36,902 nucleotides of DNA from Burkholderiales bacterium. Lineage in GTDB: Bacteria; Pseudomonadota; Gammaproteobacteria; Burkholderiales; Burkholderiaceae_C. Of this stretch, positions 18,275-27,656 are shown one piece after another (position 1 is the stretch's first letter; each line of letters starts with the position of its first letter). Under the pieces are notes generated by a model, which did no database searches, was not told where the DNA came from, and saw only the letters and a program-made list of their open reading frames with translations. The position numbers and the translations under genes were made by a program. Location: positions 1 through 36,902 of the forward strand of contig CANFNE010000001.1 in NCBI GenBank assembly GCA_947448105.1. Reading direction: 5' to 3'.

Positions 18275-18331
18275 GGGGCCAAGTATCGCAGGGCGGGCTG
18301 GAGCTCGCACCGCTGCGCCTGGGCTATCGCA

Positions 18332-19063
18332 TTAATCCAGCGCGTGGCTGGCGGCGATATCGCGATCGAATTGCGCCACCGCAGCGTCGGTAATGGCGTC
18401 TTGCGACCAGGCAAGCAGGCTGGCCGGAGGCAAGGTGACCGCAGCGGCGCCCAAGCCCATGAGGCGCGAAAGCACATCCGGTGACTTGATGCTTGCAGCC
18501 AACAATTGGGGCCCGCCCTTGGCGCCTTCGCTGTTTTGTGCCTTCACACAGGCTTTCATCAGTGCCCAGACGTCGCGCCCGCCGTTGGCGGTGTCGGCAG
18601 CAAGCCGGCCCACATAGGGCGCAACATAGTCCACACCCAAGGACTGGGCCCACAGCAGTTGCACCGCGTTGGACAGGCCTGTCAGCAATACCGGCTGGTC
18701 CATCGCCTGCACCGCGCGGATGCAGGCCAGCCAGCTTGGCTGGCACGGCAGCTTGATGGTGAGTTGCACACCCTTTTTGGCGGCACGCGCTTGCAAATCG
18801 CCCACCCAGGCCCGGGCTTGGGCCACGTCGGCGCCGGGCAGCTGCACCATGAGTTGCGCCATACCGTGGGCCCCTGCGGCGTCCACCAGGCGCGCATAGG
18901 TGGACAGGGAAACGCCCAAGCCGGCCTGGAACACCAAACTCGGATTGGTCGTGACCCCCACCACCGGTGGGCAGCCCGCAGGCAAGGCCCATTGGGAGCT
19001 ATCGGCGCAGTCGAGGTAAATTTCCACAGGGTCTTTCGGAAGCAAGCGGGGCGCGGGCGGCAC
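18332..19063 (-). CDS. Transaldolase-family protein, fructose-6-phosphate aldolase (FSA)-like
   Basis: YLDCAD, GVTTNPSL, IKLP (Schiff-base Lys), YVAPYVGRL, LLAASIK. Confidence 0.85.
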   Translation of the reverse strand: MPPAPRLLPKDPVEIYLDCADSSQWALPAGCPPVVGVTTNPSLVFQAGLGVSLSTYARLVDAAGAHGMAQLMVQLPGADVAQARAWVGDLQARAAKKGVQLTIKLPCQPSWLACIRAVQAMDQPVLLTGLSNAVQLLWAQSLGVDYVAPYVGRLAADTANGGRDVWALMKACVKAQNSEGAKGGPQLLAASIKSPDVLSRLMGLGAAAVTLPPASLLAWSQDAITDAAVAQFDRDIAASHALD

Positions 19064-19064
19064 C

Positions 19065-19505
19065 TTAGTTCAGGATCACGCCCTTGCAAAACATGGCGTT
19101 TCCATAGGCCGTAGCCTCACCGCTTTGGACGATCAGGCTGGCGCCTTTGATCTTGTCATAAAAGGCAAAGCGCTCTACGCCTTCAACGCGCTGATCGGGC
19201 ACGCCTTCCTTGGCCAAACAATCGACCACAGCCTGGTGTGCGGCAGTGCGGTGGCTGGCATCTTGGTGGCATACACGCATATACGCAGCCGGCTGGGCCA
19301 CATCTTCGGCCAGCGGAATCACCGACAACACGGCCTGACTTACACGCGCCAGGCTGTTGCCGGGCAGGCGCACCACGGGTTTACCGTGGCTTAGAAAATC
19401 AGCCGTGAAATTGGCGTCAACCACGGCCACCCATTCGCCGTGGCCCATGGCGCTCAGGTGCATCAGCAGCTCGGGCGTCAACAGCGGATCAATACCTTTT
19501 AGCAT
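19065..19505 (-). CDS. RbsD/FucU-family sugar mutarotase/pyranase
   Basis: MLKGIDPLL, MGHGE...VDANF, ERFAFY, YGN...KGV. Confidence 0.92.
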   Translation of the reverse strand: MLKGIDPLLTPELLMHLSAMGHGEWVAVVDANFTADFLSHGKPVVRLPGNSLARVSQAVLSVIPLAEDVAQPAAYMRVCHQDASHRTAAHQAVVDCLAKEGVPDQRVEGVERFAFYDKIKGASLIVQSGEATAYGNAMFCKGVILN

Positions 19506-20287
19506 GTGAGCGCCTCTTCTTCGCGGAACTTGGATGGATCGATGGCGCCAGTGATCAGGCCCACGATTTCTTCGGGGTTGGTGTCCATAGTGCGGCGGCT
19601 GCAAATGATGCGGCCCTGGCGGAATACCCAGATGCGGTCCACCAGGTCAAACACCTGGCGCAGGTTGTGGCTGATGATGATCAGCGGCACGCCCTGGGTT
19701 TTCAGGCCTTTGATGATTTGCTCTACGCGCGCTGTTTCGGCCACACCCAATGCGGCGGTAGGCTCGTCCAGGATGATGAGTTTTTTGGCAAAGCCGGCCG
19801 CGCGCGCAATCGCCACGCACTGGCGCTGGCCGCCGGACATGCCACGCAAGCTCTCGGACATGTCCTGGATTTTGACGCCCGTGGTCGAGAGCATTTGCGT
19901 GGATTGCTCGCGCATGGCCCTGTGGTTCAGGATGGACAACGGCCCCAGGTTCAGGCGCGTAAGTTCGCGGCCCAGGAAGATGTTGGCCGGTACGTCCAGG
20001 TCTTCTGCCAGAGCCAGGGTCTGGTAGACCGTCTCAATGCCCTGGTCGCGGGCGTCGAGCGGCGAGCGAAAGCTCACTTTGTGGCCGTCAAGCAGTATGT
20101 CGCCCTGGTTGGGCTGCTCTACCCCGGTGATCAGGCGCACAAACGTGCTTTTGCCCGCGCCGTTGTCGCCCACGATGGCGGCGTGTTCACCGGGCTGCAG
20201 GCTGAAATGGGCGTCGGTCAGGGCTTTGACGCCGCCGTAGTGTTTGGTAATGCCGCTGATGTGCAGCACGGGTTGCTTGGTGGTCAT
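19499..20287 (-). CDS. Monosaccharide ABC transporter ATP-binding protein (single domain)
   Basis: GDNGAGKST, MSGGQRQ, ILDEPTAALG, ISHN. Confidence 0.95.
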   Translation of the reverse strand: MTTKQPVLHISGITKHYGGVKALTDAHFSLQPGEHAAIVGDNGAGKSTFVRLITGVEQPNQGDILLDGHKVSFRSPLDARDQGIETVYQTLALAEDLDVPANIFLGRELTRLNLGPLSILNHRAMREQSTQMLSTTGVKIQDMSESLRGMSGGQRQCVAIARAAGFAKKLIILDEPTAALGVAETARVEQIIKGLKTQGVPLIIISHNLRQVFDLVDRIWVFRQGRIICSRRTMDTNPEEIVGLITGAIDPSKFREEEALTC

Positions 20288-20514
20288 ACAGGTGGTAACA
20301 GTTTCAAAACAGGCCGGACCGGCGAAAAAGAGCGTGAGAAAACAGGCGTTCAGAGACTCAAAACAGCTATTTGGGTTCGAGCATGCCACAAAATTCCCAA
20401 AAATCGTATTAGTAAAACCCCTAGATTTATTTAATCGAAATTCTGGTTTAATTCGATCCCAGCACGCATCAGGTTCATCTGTGCGGCTATCTCAACCCCT
20501 ACGGAGACACTGAC

Positions 20515-21471
20515 ATGAACATGAAACGCACCCTTGGCCGCTTGGCTATCGCAATGGCTGCCGCTGGCTTGATGGCCAGCGCAATGGCTGAAACCACCAT
20601 CGCCTACATCACCAACGGCAACACCAACGAAGGCTGGACGCTGATCAACGGCGGCGCCAAAGCCGCTGGCGCCAAAGCGGGCGTCAAGTTCATCGAACTC
20701 GCTGCCGAAAAAGGCGAACTGTCCAAGCAATTGGCCATCGTGGAAGACATGATCACCCGCAAGGTCAACGCCATCGCGATCGCGCCTGTTGACAGCGCAG
20801 GTATCGCCCCCGCTATCAACAAGGCCCTGGCCGCTGGCATCAAGGTCGTGGCTGTGGACACCGGAATCACCGGCGCCAAGATCACTTCTTACGTGGCTAC
20901 CGACAACATCAAGGCAGCCATGGTGCAGGGCAAATGGGCTGCTGAGCAGATCAAAGACGGCGATACCGTGATCTACGTGACCGGCGACTTAGGCCAATCC
21001 ACCGGCCAAGAGCGCAAAAAAGGTTTTGTGGACGGATTGAACGGCGTGCGCAAGAACGTCAAGATTGTTGAAGTCCCCACCACTTGGGACCAGACCATGG
21101 CCCAAAACGGCGTTGAAACCGCGCTGCGCGCCAACCCCACCGCCAAGCTCGTGGCTTGCGCATGGGACGGCGGTGCTCTGGGCGCCAAGGCCGCTTTGAT
21201 GGCTGCTGGCAAAAAAGCCGGGGACGTGAAGATCGCTGGCTTTGACGGATCTCCTGGTGGCCTGGACATGATGAAACAAGGCTGGCAGTCAGCCAACGCC
21301 GCGCAAATGCTGGCCAAGATCGGTCAAGTCGGCGTGGAAACCGCTATCGCTGCTGCTGAAGGCAAAAAAGTTGAAGCCCGCATCGATACCGGATCCTTCC
21401 TGGTGCTGCCGTCCAATGTGGACCAGTTTGCCAAAGACTCTGGCGTGGGCCAGTTCATGAAAGTGAAGTAA
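20515..21471 (+). CDS. Sugar ABC transporter substrate-binding protein (RbsB-like)
   Basis: Signal peptide, AIAIAPVD, VATDN, IAGFDG; GGAG RBS. Confidence 0.93.
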   Translation: MNMKRTLGRLAIAMAAAGLMASAMAETTIAYITNGNTNEGWTLINGGAKAAGAKAGVKFIELAAEKGELSKQLAIVEDMITRKVNAIAIAPVDSAGIAPAINKALAAGIKVVAVDTGITGAKITSYVATDNIKAAMVQGKWAAEQIKDGDTVIYVTGDLGQSTGQERKKGFVDGLNGVRKNVKIVEVPTTWDQTMAQNGVETALRANPTAKLVACAWDGGALGAKAALMAAGKKAGDVKIAGFDGSPGGLDMMKQGWQSANAAQMLAKIGQVGVETAIAAAEGKKVEARIDTGSFLVLPSNVDQFAKDSGVGQFMKVK

Positions 21472-21480
21472 CTCCCTCGG

Positions 21481-21563
21481 CCACCCCAAGGCGTGTATGT
21501 GCAGGCCTAAGGGTGGACAAGGCGACCGCCAGCGACACAGTTGCTGGTGGTCGTTCGTTTTTT
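21481..21563 (+). terminator. Stem-loops between SBP and permease genes (partial terminator or mRNA stabiliser)
   Basis: CCACCC...GGGTGG (21481-21516) and GCGACCGCCAGCGA-CACAG-TTGCTGGTGGTCGT followed by TCGTTTTTT. Confidence 0.65.
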
Positions 21564-21582
21564 GTAATTAGGAACCGTTTTC

Positions 21583-22527
21583 ATGAAGTCCCTCACCCGA
21601 CAAGAATGGTATGGCGCACTGGTGGCCGTGCTGGTCCTGGGCGCGCTGCTGACCGTAGCCTCCCCCTACTTTCTGACCACCGGCAATCTGTCGAACATCC
21701 TGGTGCAGGGCTCCGTGATCGCGCTGCTCGCGGGCGGACAAACGTTCGTCATTCTCACGGGCGGCGTTGACCTGGCTGTGGGCGCGTTGACTGCGCTGGC
21801 CGGCGCCATTGCCGGACATTTGATGATCAAGCTCGGCGTGAACCCCTACGCCGCCATTGCGGCCGCCTTGGCCATTGGCGCTGCGGTTGGCGTGTTCAAC
21901 GGCTACTTGGTGGCCTTTGTGGGCATCCCCTCTTTTATCGTCACCCTGGGCGGACTGACCCTGTGGCGCGGTCTGGCGTTTGACGCCACCGGCGGCTTTG
22001 ACAACTCGGGCATGCCCGACCCCCTGCCCTTTATCGGCTACGGCGAACTGCTGGGCGTGCCCATGCCCATCTGGATTACGGGCCTTTACTTCGTGGTGAT
22101 GGCGTTTGTGCTTTCGAGCACCAAGCTTGGACGCTACGTCTACGCCATGGGCTCCAACGAGATGGGTGCGCGCCAGGTCGGCATCAACATCCGCTGGTAC
22201 AAGCTCGGCGTATATGTGGTCTCGGGCCTGAGCTGCGCTCTGGGCGCGGTGGTGCTGATGGCGCGCATGGACTCGTCAAGCGGCAAGATGGCGCAGATGT
22301 TTGAGCTCGACGCGATTGCTGCCGTTATTTTGGGTGGTACCTCGCTGTTTGGCGGACGCGGCAGCATTTGGGGAAGCCTGTTGGGCGCGGTGCTCATCAC
22401 CATGATCCGCAACGGCATGAACCTGATGGAAATCTCGCAGTTCAAGCAAATGATGGCCATCGGCGCCGTCGTCATCGTCGCGGTCTGGATTGACGTGATC
22501 CGCCGCCAGCATTTGCTCAAGAAATAA
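21583..22527 (+). CDS. Sugar ABC transporter permease (RbsC-like)
   Basis: VILTGGVDLAVG, IPSFIVTLG, ELDAIAAVILGGTSLFGGRG. Confidence 0.95.
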   Translation: MKSLTRQEWYGALVAVLVLGALLTVASPYFLTTGNLSNILVQGSVIALLAGGQTFVILTGGVDLAVGALTALAGAIAGHLMIKLGVNPYAAIAAALAIGAAVGVFNGYLVAFVGIPSFIVTLGGLTLWRGLAFDATGGFDNSGMPDPLPFIGYGELLGVPMPIWITGLYFVVMAFVLSSTKLGRYVYAMGSNEMGARQVGINIRWYKLGVYVVSGLSCALGAVVLMARMDSSSGKMAQMFELDAIAAVILGGTSLFGGRGSIWGSLLGAVLITMIRNGMNLMEISQFKQMMAIGAVVIVAVWIDVIRRQHLLKK

Positions 22528-22545
22528 ACCCTTCAGGGAACCGCC

Positions 22546-23466
22546 ATGCGCATAGTTGTTTTGGGCGAGGCGCTGATGGACTGCATCGCGCAGCCCGACG
22601 GCAGCCTGCGCCCCTTGATGGGCGGCAGCCCTTTCAATATGGCGCGTGCTGCCTCTTTGCGCGGCGGTGCAGTGGCTTTTTTGAACCCGCTGTCTATGGA
22701 CCAGTTTGGCCTGCAAATGCGCGTTCAACTCGAGCGCGACGGCGTGCTACTAAACAGCAACGCCAGTCGCCTGCCCACGTCTTTGGCCGTGGTGCAAATC
22801 AGCAACGGCCAGCCCAGCTACGGTTTTTACCGCGAAGGCATTGCCGACCGCGACTACACAGCCATCCAGATATTGACCCAACTAGAGCGCAGTGAGCCGG
22901 GCGTGCTGCACACGGGTTCCTTGCTGCTCGTGCCGCCCGAGCATGACAAGGTGCTCGCGGTACTGCACGGCGCCAAGGCCCTGGGCTGGACGATCAGCGT
23001 AGATGTGAACCTGCGGCCCAAACTGGCGGCGGATCTGGCGTCTTATGTGGCTGCGGTGCACCAGGTAGCGGCGTTGGCAGACTGGATCAAGGCCAGCGAC
23101 GACGACTTGGCGTTGCTGGGCTTTACCAATCCCTCGCGCGCCAACGCGGGCGCGATTGCCCAAAGCTATGTGGCCCAAGGCTGCAGCCGCATTGCGCTGA
23201 CCTTTGGTGCGCACGGCGCTTACCTTCTGGTGGACGGGCACAGCGCGCAACAAGATGTGCCACCGGTCACGCTGGTGGACAGCGTGGGCGCGGGCGACAC
23301 CTTCTGGGGCAACTGCGTGGCCGATTGGGCGCTCCATCCCGAAGGAGCCGCACAAAGGGTGGAAGCCACCTTGTGCCAGGCCATGACCGCTGCAGCCATC
23401 AACTGCACCCGCACGGGCTGCCAGCCGCCGCTGCACGCCGAGGTGCTGGCGCAACTGTCCGCCTGA
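22546..23466 (+). CDS. PfkB-family carbohydrate kinase (fructokinase-like)
   Basis: GEALMD, GGSPFN, DVNLRP, DSVGAGDTF. Confidence 0.93.
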   Translation: MRIVVLGEALMDCIAQPDGSLRPLMGGSPFNMARAASLRGGAVAFLNPLSMDQFGLQMRVQLERDGVLLNSNASRLPTSLAVVQISNGQPSYGFYREGIADRDYTAIQILTQLERSEPGVLHTGSLLLVPPEHDKVLAVLHGAKALGWTISVDVNLRPKLAADLASYVAAVHQVAALADWIKASDDDLALLGFTNPSRANAGAIAQSYVAQGCSRIALTFGAHGAYLLVDGHSAQQDVPPVTLVDSVGAGDTFWGNCVADWALHPEGAAQRVEATLCQAMTAAAINCTRTGCQPPLHAEVLAQLSA

Positions 23467-23540
23467 GGGCCTTACGGCCTGCGCGGGAACAGATACCGCA
23501 ATCCAGCGCCCCTCTTAACGCGCGCCGCCTTGCGCAGGCA

Positions 23541-23573
23541 CAAAAAAAGCGCACCCTGGAGTGCGCTTGTTTG
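23541..23573 (-). terminator. Intrinsic terminator between the convergent kinase and small-protein genes
   Basis: AAGCGCAC-CCTGGA-GTGCGCTT stem with an A7 tract on the left, which is a U tract on the minus strand. Confidence 0.75.
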
Positions 23574-23590
23574 CTGTGCCCACGCACGCC

Positions 23591-23740
23591 TTATTTGTTC
23601 TTGATCTTGCCCCGAGGAATCACCGTGGTGGTGATGGTGGCCCGCACGGGCGGCTCGCCGCCGGCCAGGGGTTTGGGCGGTGACGTATCCTTCTTGGGCT
23701 TCTTTGCTTCTTTATTGGTTTTTTGCTGACCTTTTGCCAT
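23591..23740 (-). CDS. Small Lys-rich protein, 49 aa (MAKGQQKTNKEAKKPKK...)
   Basis: CAGGAG RBS 6 nt before ATG 23740 and a terminator directly downstream. It is the tail of the 207-aa track ORF, whose 5' part is mostly antisense to arfB. Confidence 0.8.
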   Translation of the reverse strand: MAKGQQKTNKEAKKPKKDTSPPKPLAGGEPPVRATITTTVIPRGKIKNK

Positions 23741-23803
23741 GGTGATCTCCTGTGCAGTGTTGATACGACGCTGCTGCAGTTTAACTGCAGCCAGGGGGCT
23801 CGC

Positions 23804-24208
23804 ATGCCCAACATAATCGCCATTCCCGAATCCGAAGTCGAGATGAGCGCCATCCGGGCGCAAGGCGCGGGCGGGCAAAACGTCAACAAGGTTTCCACCG
23901 CGATTCACCTGCGTTTTGATGTGCTGGCCTCCAGCCTGCCTGACGACATCAAGGAACGCCTGCTGGCCCTGCCCGACAGCCGGGTGACTGCCGATGGCGT
24001 ATTCGTTCTCAAGGCCCAAAGCCACCGCACGCAAGAGCAAAACCGGCAAGACGCCTTTGCCCGCCTTCTCGACTGGGTCAACAGCGTGGCCACACCGCAA
24101 AAGCCGCGCCGCGCCACCAAGCCCAGCTATGCGTCCAAACAGCGGCGCCTGGAATCCAAAAGCCAGCGCTCCAGCACCAAGCAACTGCGCTCCAAACCCC
24201 AGGATTAG
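23804..24208 (+). CDS. arfB: Alternative ribosome rescue peptidyl-tRNA hydrolase ArfB
   Basis: RAQGAGGQNVNKVSTA (GGQ), RTQEQN, basic tail RRATKPS..SKQRRL..K. Confidence 0.95.
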   Translation: MPNIIAIPESEVEMSAIRAQGAGGQNVNKVSTAIHLRFDVLASSLPDDIKERLLALPDSRVTADGVFVLKAQSHRTQEQNRQDAFARLLDWVNSVATPQKPRRATKPSYASKQRRLESKSQRSSTKQLRSKPQD

Positions 24209-24280
24209 TGCCACTCCTTACAATGGAGCCCTCGCCCCGCGTCCGCTCTATGAGCGCAACCCTCTGACACCCCTGCGCCC

Positions 24281-24778
24281 ATGCCCCAAAAATCCGCCGC
24301 CAAACACGACGCTAAATCTGACGCAAAACCTGACGCCAAGGCCGAAGCTGCATCTAACTTACCCGACCGGGTGATCAAAAAGTACCCCAACCGGCGGCTC
24401 TACGACACGCACACCTCGACCTACATCACGCTGGCAGAGATCAAGCAGCTCGTCATGCAGCACGAGGTGTTTGCGGTGGTGGACGCAAAAACGTCCGAAA
24501 ACCTGACGCGCAGCATCTTGCTGCAGATTATTTTGGAAGAAGAGGCCAATGGCTCGCCCATGTTCACTGTGCCGGTGCTGTCCAACATCATCCGCTTCTA
24601 TGGCCACGCCATGCAGGGACTGATGGGCGGCTACATCGAAAAAAACATCCAGACCCTGATGGACCTGCAAGTGCCGCTGGTGCCCAATGTGCTGGGAAGC
24701 ACGGTGTTTACCCAGATGCAGGAACAGATGCAAAAGCAGACCGAGCAGTTTTTGGGCACTTTTGGCATCAAGCGCTAA
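24281..24778 (+). CDS. phaR: Polyhydroxyalkanoate synthesis repressor PhaR
   Basis: RVIKKYPNRRLYDT..STYITL, LTRSILLQIILEEE, IIRFYG. Confidence 0.95.
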   Translation: MPQKSAAKHDAKSDAKPDAKAEAASNLPDRVIKKYPNRRLYDTHTSTYITLAEIKQLVMQHEVFAVVDAKTSENLTRSILLQIILEEEANGSPMFTVPVLSNIIRFYGHAMQGLMGGYIEKNIQTLMDLQVPLVPNVLGSTVFTQMQEQMQKQTEQFLGTFGIKR

Positions 24779-24847
24779 GCGCGCCAGGCCCGCGCGGCCT
24801 CTGGCGGCAAGCGCCGCCCACCCCTACTTTTTGCATACAAAGCCCCG

Positions 24848-26251
24848 ATGAACGACGTAATCGCCCCCCTCGCCCAAGCCAAACCCGCGCCCAAAGTGGG
24901 CTTTGTCAGCCTGGGCTGCCCTAAAGCCCTGACCGATTCCGAGCTCATCCTCACCCAGCTCAGCGCCGAGGGCTACCAGACCTCCAAAACCTTCCAGGGT
25001 GCGGACCTGGTCATCGTCAACACCTGCGGCTTTATTGACGATGCGGTGCGCGAAAGCCTGGACACGATTGGCGAGGCGCTGGCGGAGAACGGTCGGGTCA
25101 TCGTCACCGGCTGCCTGGGCGCCAAGTCGGACGCAGAGGGCAACAATATGGTGCGCCAGATGCACCCCCGGGTGCTGGCCGTCACCGGCCCCCACGCCAC
25201 CCAAGAGGTGATGGACGCGGTTCACCTGAACCTGCCCAAGCCGCACGACCCCTTTTTGGACCTGGTGCCGCAGTCTTTCGGGGTGGCCGGGCTCAAGCTC
25301 ACGCCGCGCCATTACGCCTATTTGAAGATCAGCGAAGGCTGCAACCACCGCTGCACCTTTTGCATCATCCCGTCCATGCGCGGCGACCTGGTTTCGCGCC
25401 CGATTGGCGATGTACTCAGTGAAGCCCGCGCGCTGTTTGAAGGCGGCGTGAAAGAACTGTTGGTAATCAGCCAAGACACCTCCGCGTATGGCGTGGACGT
25501 CAAATACCGCACCGGTTTTTGGGACGGCAAACCCATCAAAACCCGCATGGTGGACCTGGTAGCCGCCTTGGGCGAAATTGCCGCATCCTATGGCGCCTGG
25601 GTGCGATTGCACTATGTCTATCCCTATCCGAGCGTGGACGAGATCGTGCCGCTGATGGCCGCAGGCAAAGTACTGCCCTACCTGGACATTCCGCTGCAAC
25701 ACAGCCACCCCGACGTGCTCAAGCGCATGAAGCGCCCAGCCAGTGGCGAAAAAAACCTGGAGCGCATTGCCTCCTGGCGCGCCGCCTGCCCCGAGCTCGT
25801 GGTGCGCAGCACCTTTATTGCCGGCTTCCCGGGCGAGACCGAAGAAGAATTTGCCCACCTGCTTGACTTTGTGCGCGAAGCGCAGATTGACCGTGCTGGT
25901 TGCTTTGCCTACAGCGCCGTGGACGGTGCCACCGCCAACGACCTGCCCGGCATGCTGCCGCTGGAATTGCGTGAAGAGCGCCGCTCGCGCTTTATGGCCG
26001 TGGCAGAAGAAGTGTCCGCCCAGCGCCTGCGCAGGCGCGTAGGCGCCACCATGCAAGTCTTGGTGGACTCTGCCCCCTCGCTGGGCAAAAAAGGCGCCGT
26101 CGGCCGCTCCTATGCCGACGCGCCCGAGATCGACGGCGTGGTGCGCCTGCTGCCACCGGAAAAGATCAGCAAAACCCTCAAGGTGGGTGAATTCACCCGT
26201 GCCCGAATCGTGGGCACCGAAGGCCACGATCTGGTGGGCGTGCCCATTTAG
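24848..26251 (+). CDS. rimO: Ribosomal protein S12 methylthiotransferase RimO
   Basis: SLGCPKA, NTCGFI, radical SAM motif [24 protein letters not shown] region. Confidence 0.96.
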   Translation: MNDVIAPLAQAKPAPKVGFVSLGCPKALTDSELILTQLSAEGYQTSKTFQGADLVIVNTCGFIDDAVRESLDTIGEALAENGRVIVTGCLGAKSDAEGNNMVRQMHPRVLAVTGPHATQEVMDAVHLNLPKPHDPFLDLVPQSFGVAGLKLTPRHYAYLKISEGCNHRCTFCIIPSMRGDLVSRPIGDVLSEARALFEGGVKELLVISQDTSAYGVDVKYRTGFWDGKPIKTRMVDLVAALGEIAASYGAWVRLHYVYPYPSVDEIVPLMAAGKVLPYLDIPLQHSHPDVLKRMKRPASGEKNLERIASWRAACPELVVRSTFIAGFPGETEEEFAHLLDFVREAQIDRAGCFAYSAVDGATANDLPGMLPLELREERRSRFMAVAEEVSAQRLRRRVGATMQVLVDSAPSLGKKGAVGRSYADAPEIDGVVRLLPPEKISKTLKVGEFTRARIVGTEGHDLVGVPI

Positions 26252-26271
26252 GCGCAATTTTTCCGTCCCGT

Positions 26272-26285
26272 TTGACCGGGATCAA
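26272..26285. promoter_or_regulatory. FNR/Anr-type box upstream of the FabX-like/nrdJ operon
   Basis: TTGAC-CGGG-ATCAA, 9/10 match to TTGAT-N4-ATCAA, in the intergenic region. Confidence 0.75.
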
Positions 26286-26393
26286 GCCACTGCCATTTGC
26301 CAGCGCGCAATGCGAGCCAGTCGCATTTCGCAGGCGCCGGTTGCCATAACCTCCGGTTCCGTAGGGCCCTTTGGGCCGTTTCTATGGAACAAG

Positions 26394-27656
26394 ATGGAAC
26401 ACTGTGTTGTGGAAGAAGACCAGGTCGTGGCAGGTTTGCTCGACCTGTGCGCGGGGTCGGGGCTGAACACCTGGAAGCTTAGGGACAAGACCCTGGTTCC
26501 GGTCGTACAAGGCGGCATGGGCGTCGGGGTGTCTGCCAGTGGCCTGGCGGGTGCCGTGGCGCGCCAAGGCGGATTTGGCACCATTTCATCGGTCGACCTG
26601 CGCCGCCTGCACCCGGACTTAATGGAAAAAACCGCTCACCTCGACAAAGAGCTTGACGCGAAAGAAATCATTGATGCCGCCAACCTGGTGGCACTAGACC
26701 GCGAAATTAAGCGTGCCCGCAAGCTCGCGCAGGGTCAGGGCGTCATCGCCGTCAACGTGATGAAGGCACTTAGCCAGTACACGGGCTACGTGCGCCAGGC
26801 ACTGGAAAGCGGCACTGACGCGCTGGTGGTGGGTGCGGGCTTGCCGCTGGACTTGCCCGAGCTGGCACGCGACTTTCCCAACACCGCCCTCATACCCATC
26901 CTCTCAGACGCCCGTGGCGTGCAACTGTTGGTGCGCAAATGGGAAAAGCGCGGTCGACTGCCCGACGCGGTGGTGATTGAGCACCCGCGCTTGGCTGGTG
27001 GCCACCTGGGCGCGTCCAACGTGGGGGATCTGGCGGATGCGCGTTTTGATTTTGAGGTGGCCATTCCCGCCGTGCTGGCGTTTTTCAGGGCCGCAGGCAT
27101 CGAAGGCCGCATTCCGCTGATCGCCGCAGGCGGCATTTCCTGCCAGGCCGATATTGCGCGCCTGCAGGCACTGGGCGCCTCGGCGGTGCAACTGGGCACC
27201 GCCTTTGCCGTGACCCAGGAATGCGACGCAGCACCCGCCTTCAAACAGGTGTTGGCCCGGGCCCAGCCGCAAGACATCGTGGAGTTTGTCAGCGTCTCGG
27301 GACTGCCCGCGCGCGCGGTGCGCACGCCCTGGCTCAACAAATACCTGCGTATCGAGCCCCAGCTCAAGGCCGCAGCCCACCTTAAGAAGAAATGCAATAT
27401 GTCTTTTGACTGCCTGGCCCACTGCGGCCTGCGCGACGGTGACGCCAGCATCGGCCAGTTTTGCATTGACCAGCAACTCGGGCACGCGATGGACGGCAAT
27501 GTGCACAAAGGCCTGTTCTTTCGCGGCGCAGGCGCCCTGCCCTTTGGCGACCAAATCCGCAGCGTTGCGGAGCTGATGCAATGGATGCTGGGTGCCATTG
27601 CACCTGTGGCGGCGACCGCACTACTAGGTTCCAGCCCGCATGGAGTCGCCATATGA
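26394..27656 (+). CDS. Nitronate monooxygenase-superfamily flavoprotein, FabX/UfaA-like with a C-terminal Cys cluster
   Basis: PVVQGGMGVGVS, GAGLP, AGGHLG, LIAAGGI, CNMSFDCLAHC...FCI, GLFFRG. Start uncertain (26394 or a nearby GTG). Confidence 0.85.
   Translation: MEHCVVEEDQVVAGLLDLCAGSGLNTWKLRDKTLVPVVQGGMGVGVSASGLAGAVARQGGFGTISSVDLRRLHPDLMEKTAHLDKELDAKEIIDAANLVALDREIKRARKLAQGQGVIAVNVMKALSQYTGYVRQALESGTDALVVGAGLPLDLPELARDFPNTALIPILSDARGVQLLVRKWEKRGRLPDAVVIEHPRLAGGHLGASNVGDLADARFDFEVAIPAVLAFFRAAGIEGRIPLIAAGGISCQADIARLQALGASAVQLGTAFAVTQECDAAPAFKQVLARAQPQDIVEFVSVSGLPARAVRTPWLNKYLRIEPQLKAAAHLKKKCNMSFDCLAHCGLRDGDASIGQFCIDQQLGHAMDGNVHKGLFFRGAGALPFGDQIRSVAELMQWMLGAIAPVAATALLGSSPHGVAI

Noticed and set aside
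23741-24214. 5' extension of the 207-aa minus ORF
   Set aside because: Mostly antisense to arfB; the real start is best placed at ATG 23740 with its RBS.
24824-26257. 477-aa antisense ORF over rimO (similarly 26786-28444, 6325-7371, 11933-12859)
   Set aside because: Long stop-free antisense frames are common opposite high-GC genes; no recognisable motifs.
26252-27652. NrdR box or cobalamin riboswitch upstream of nrdJ
   Set aside because: No convincing match seen by eye; an Rfam/motif scan would be needed to exclude them.
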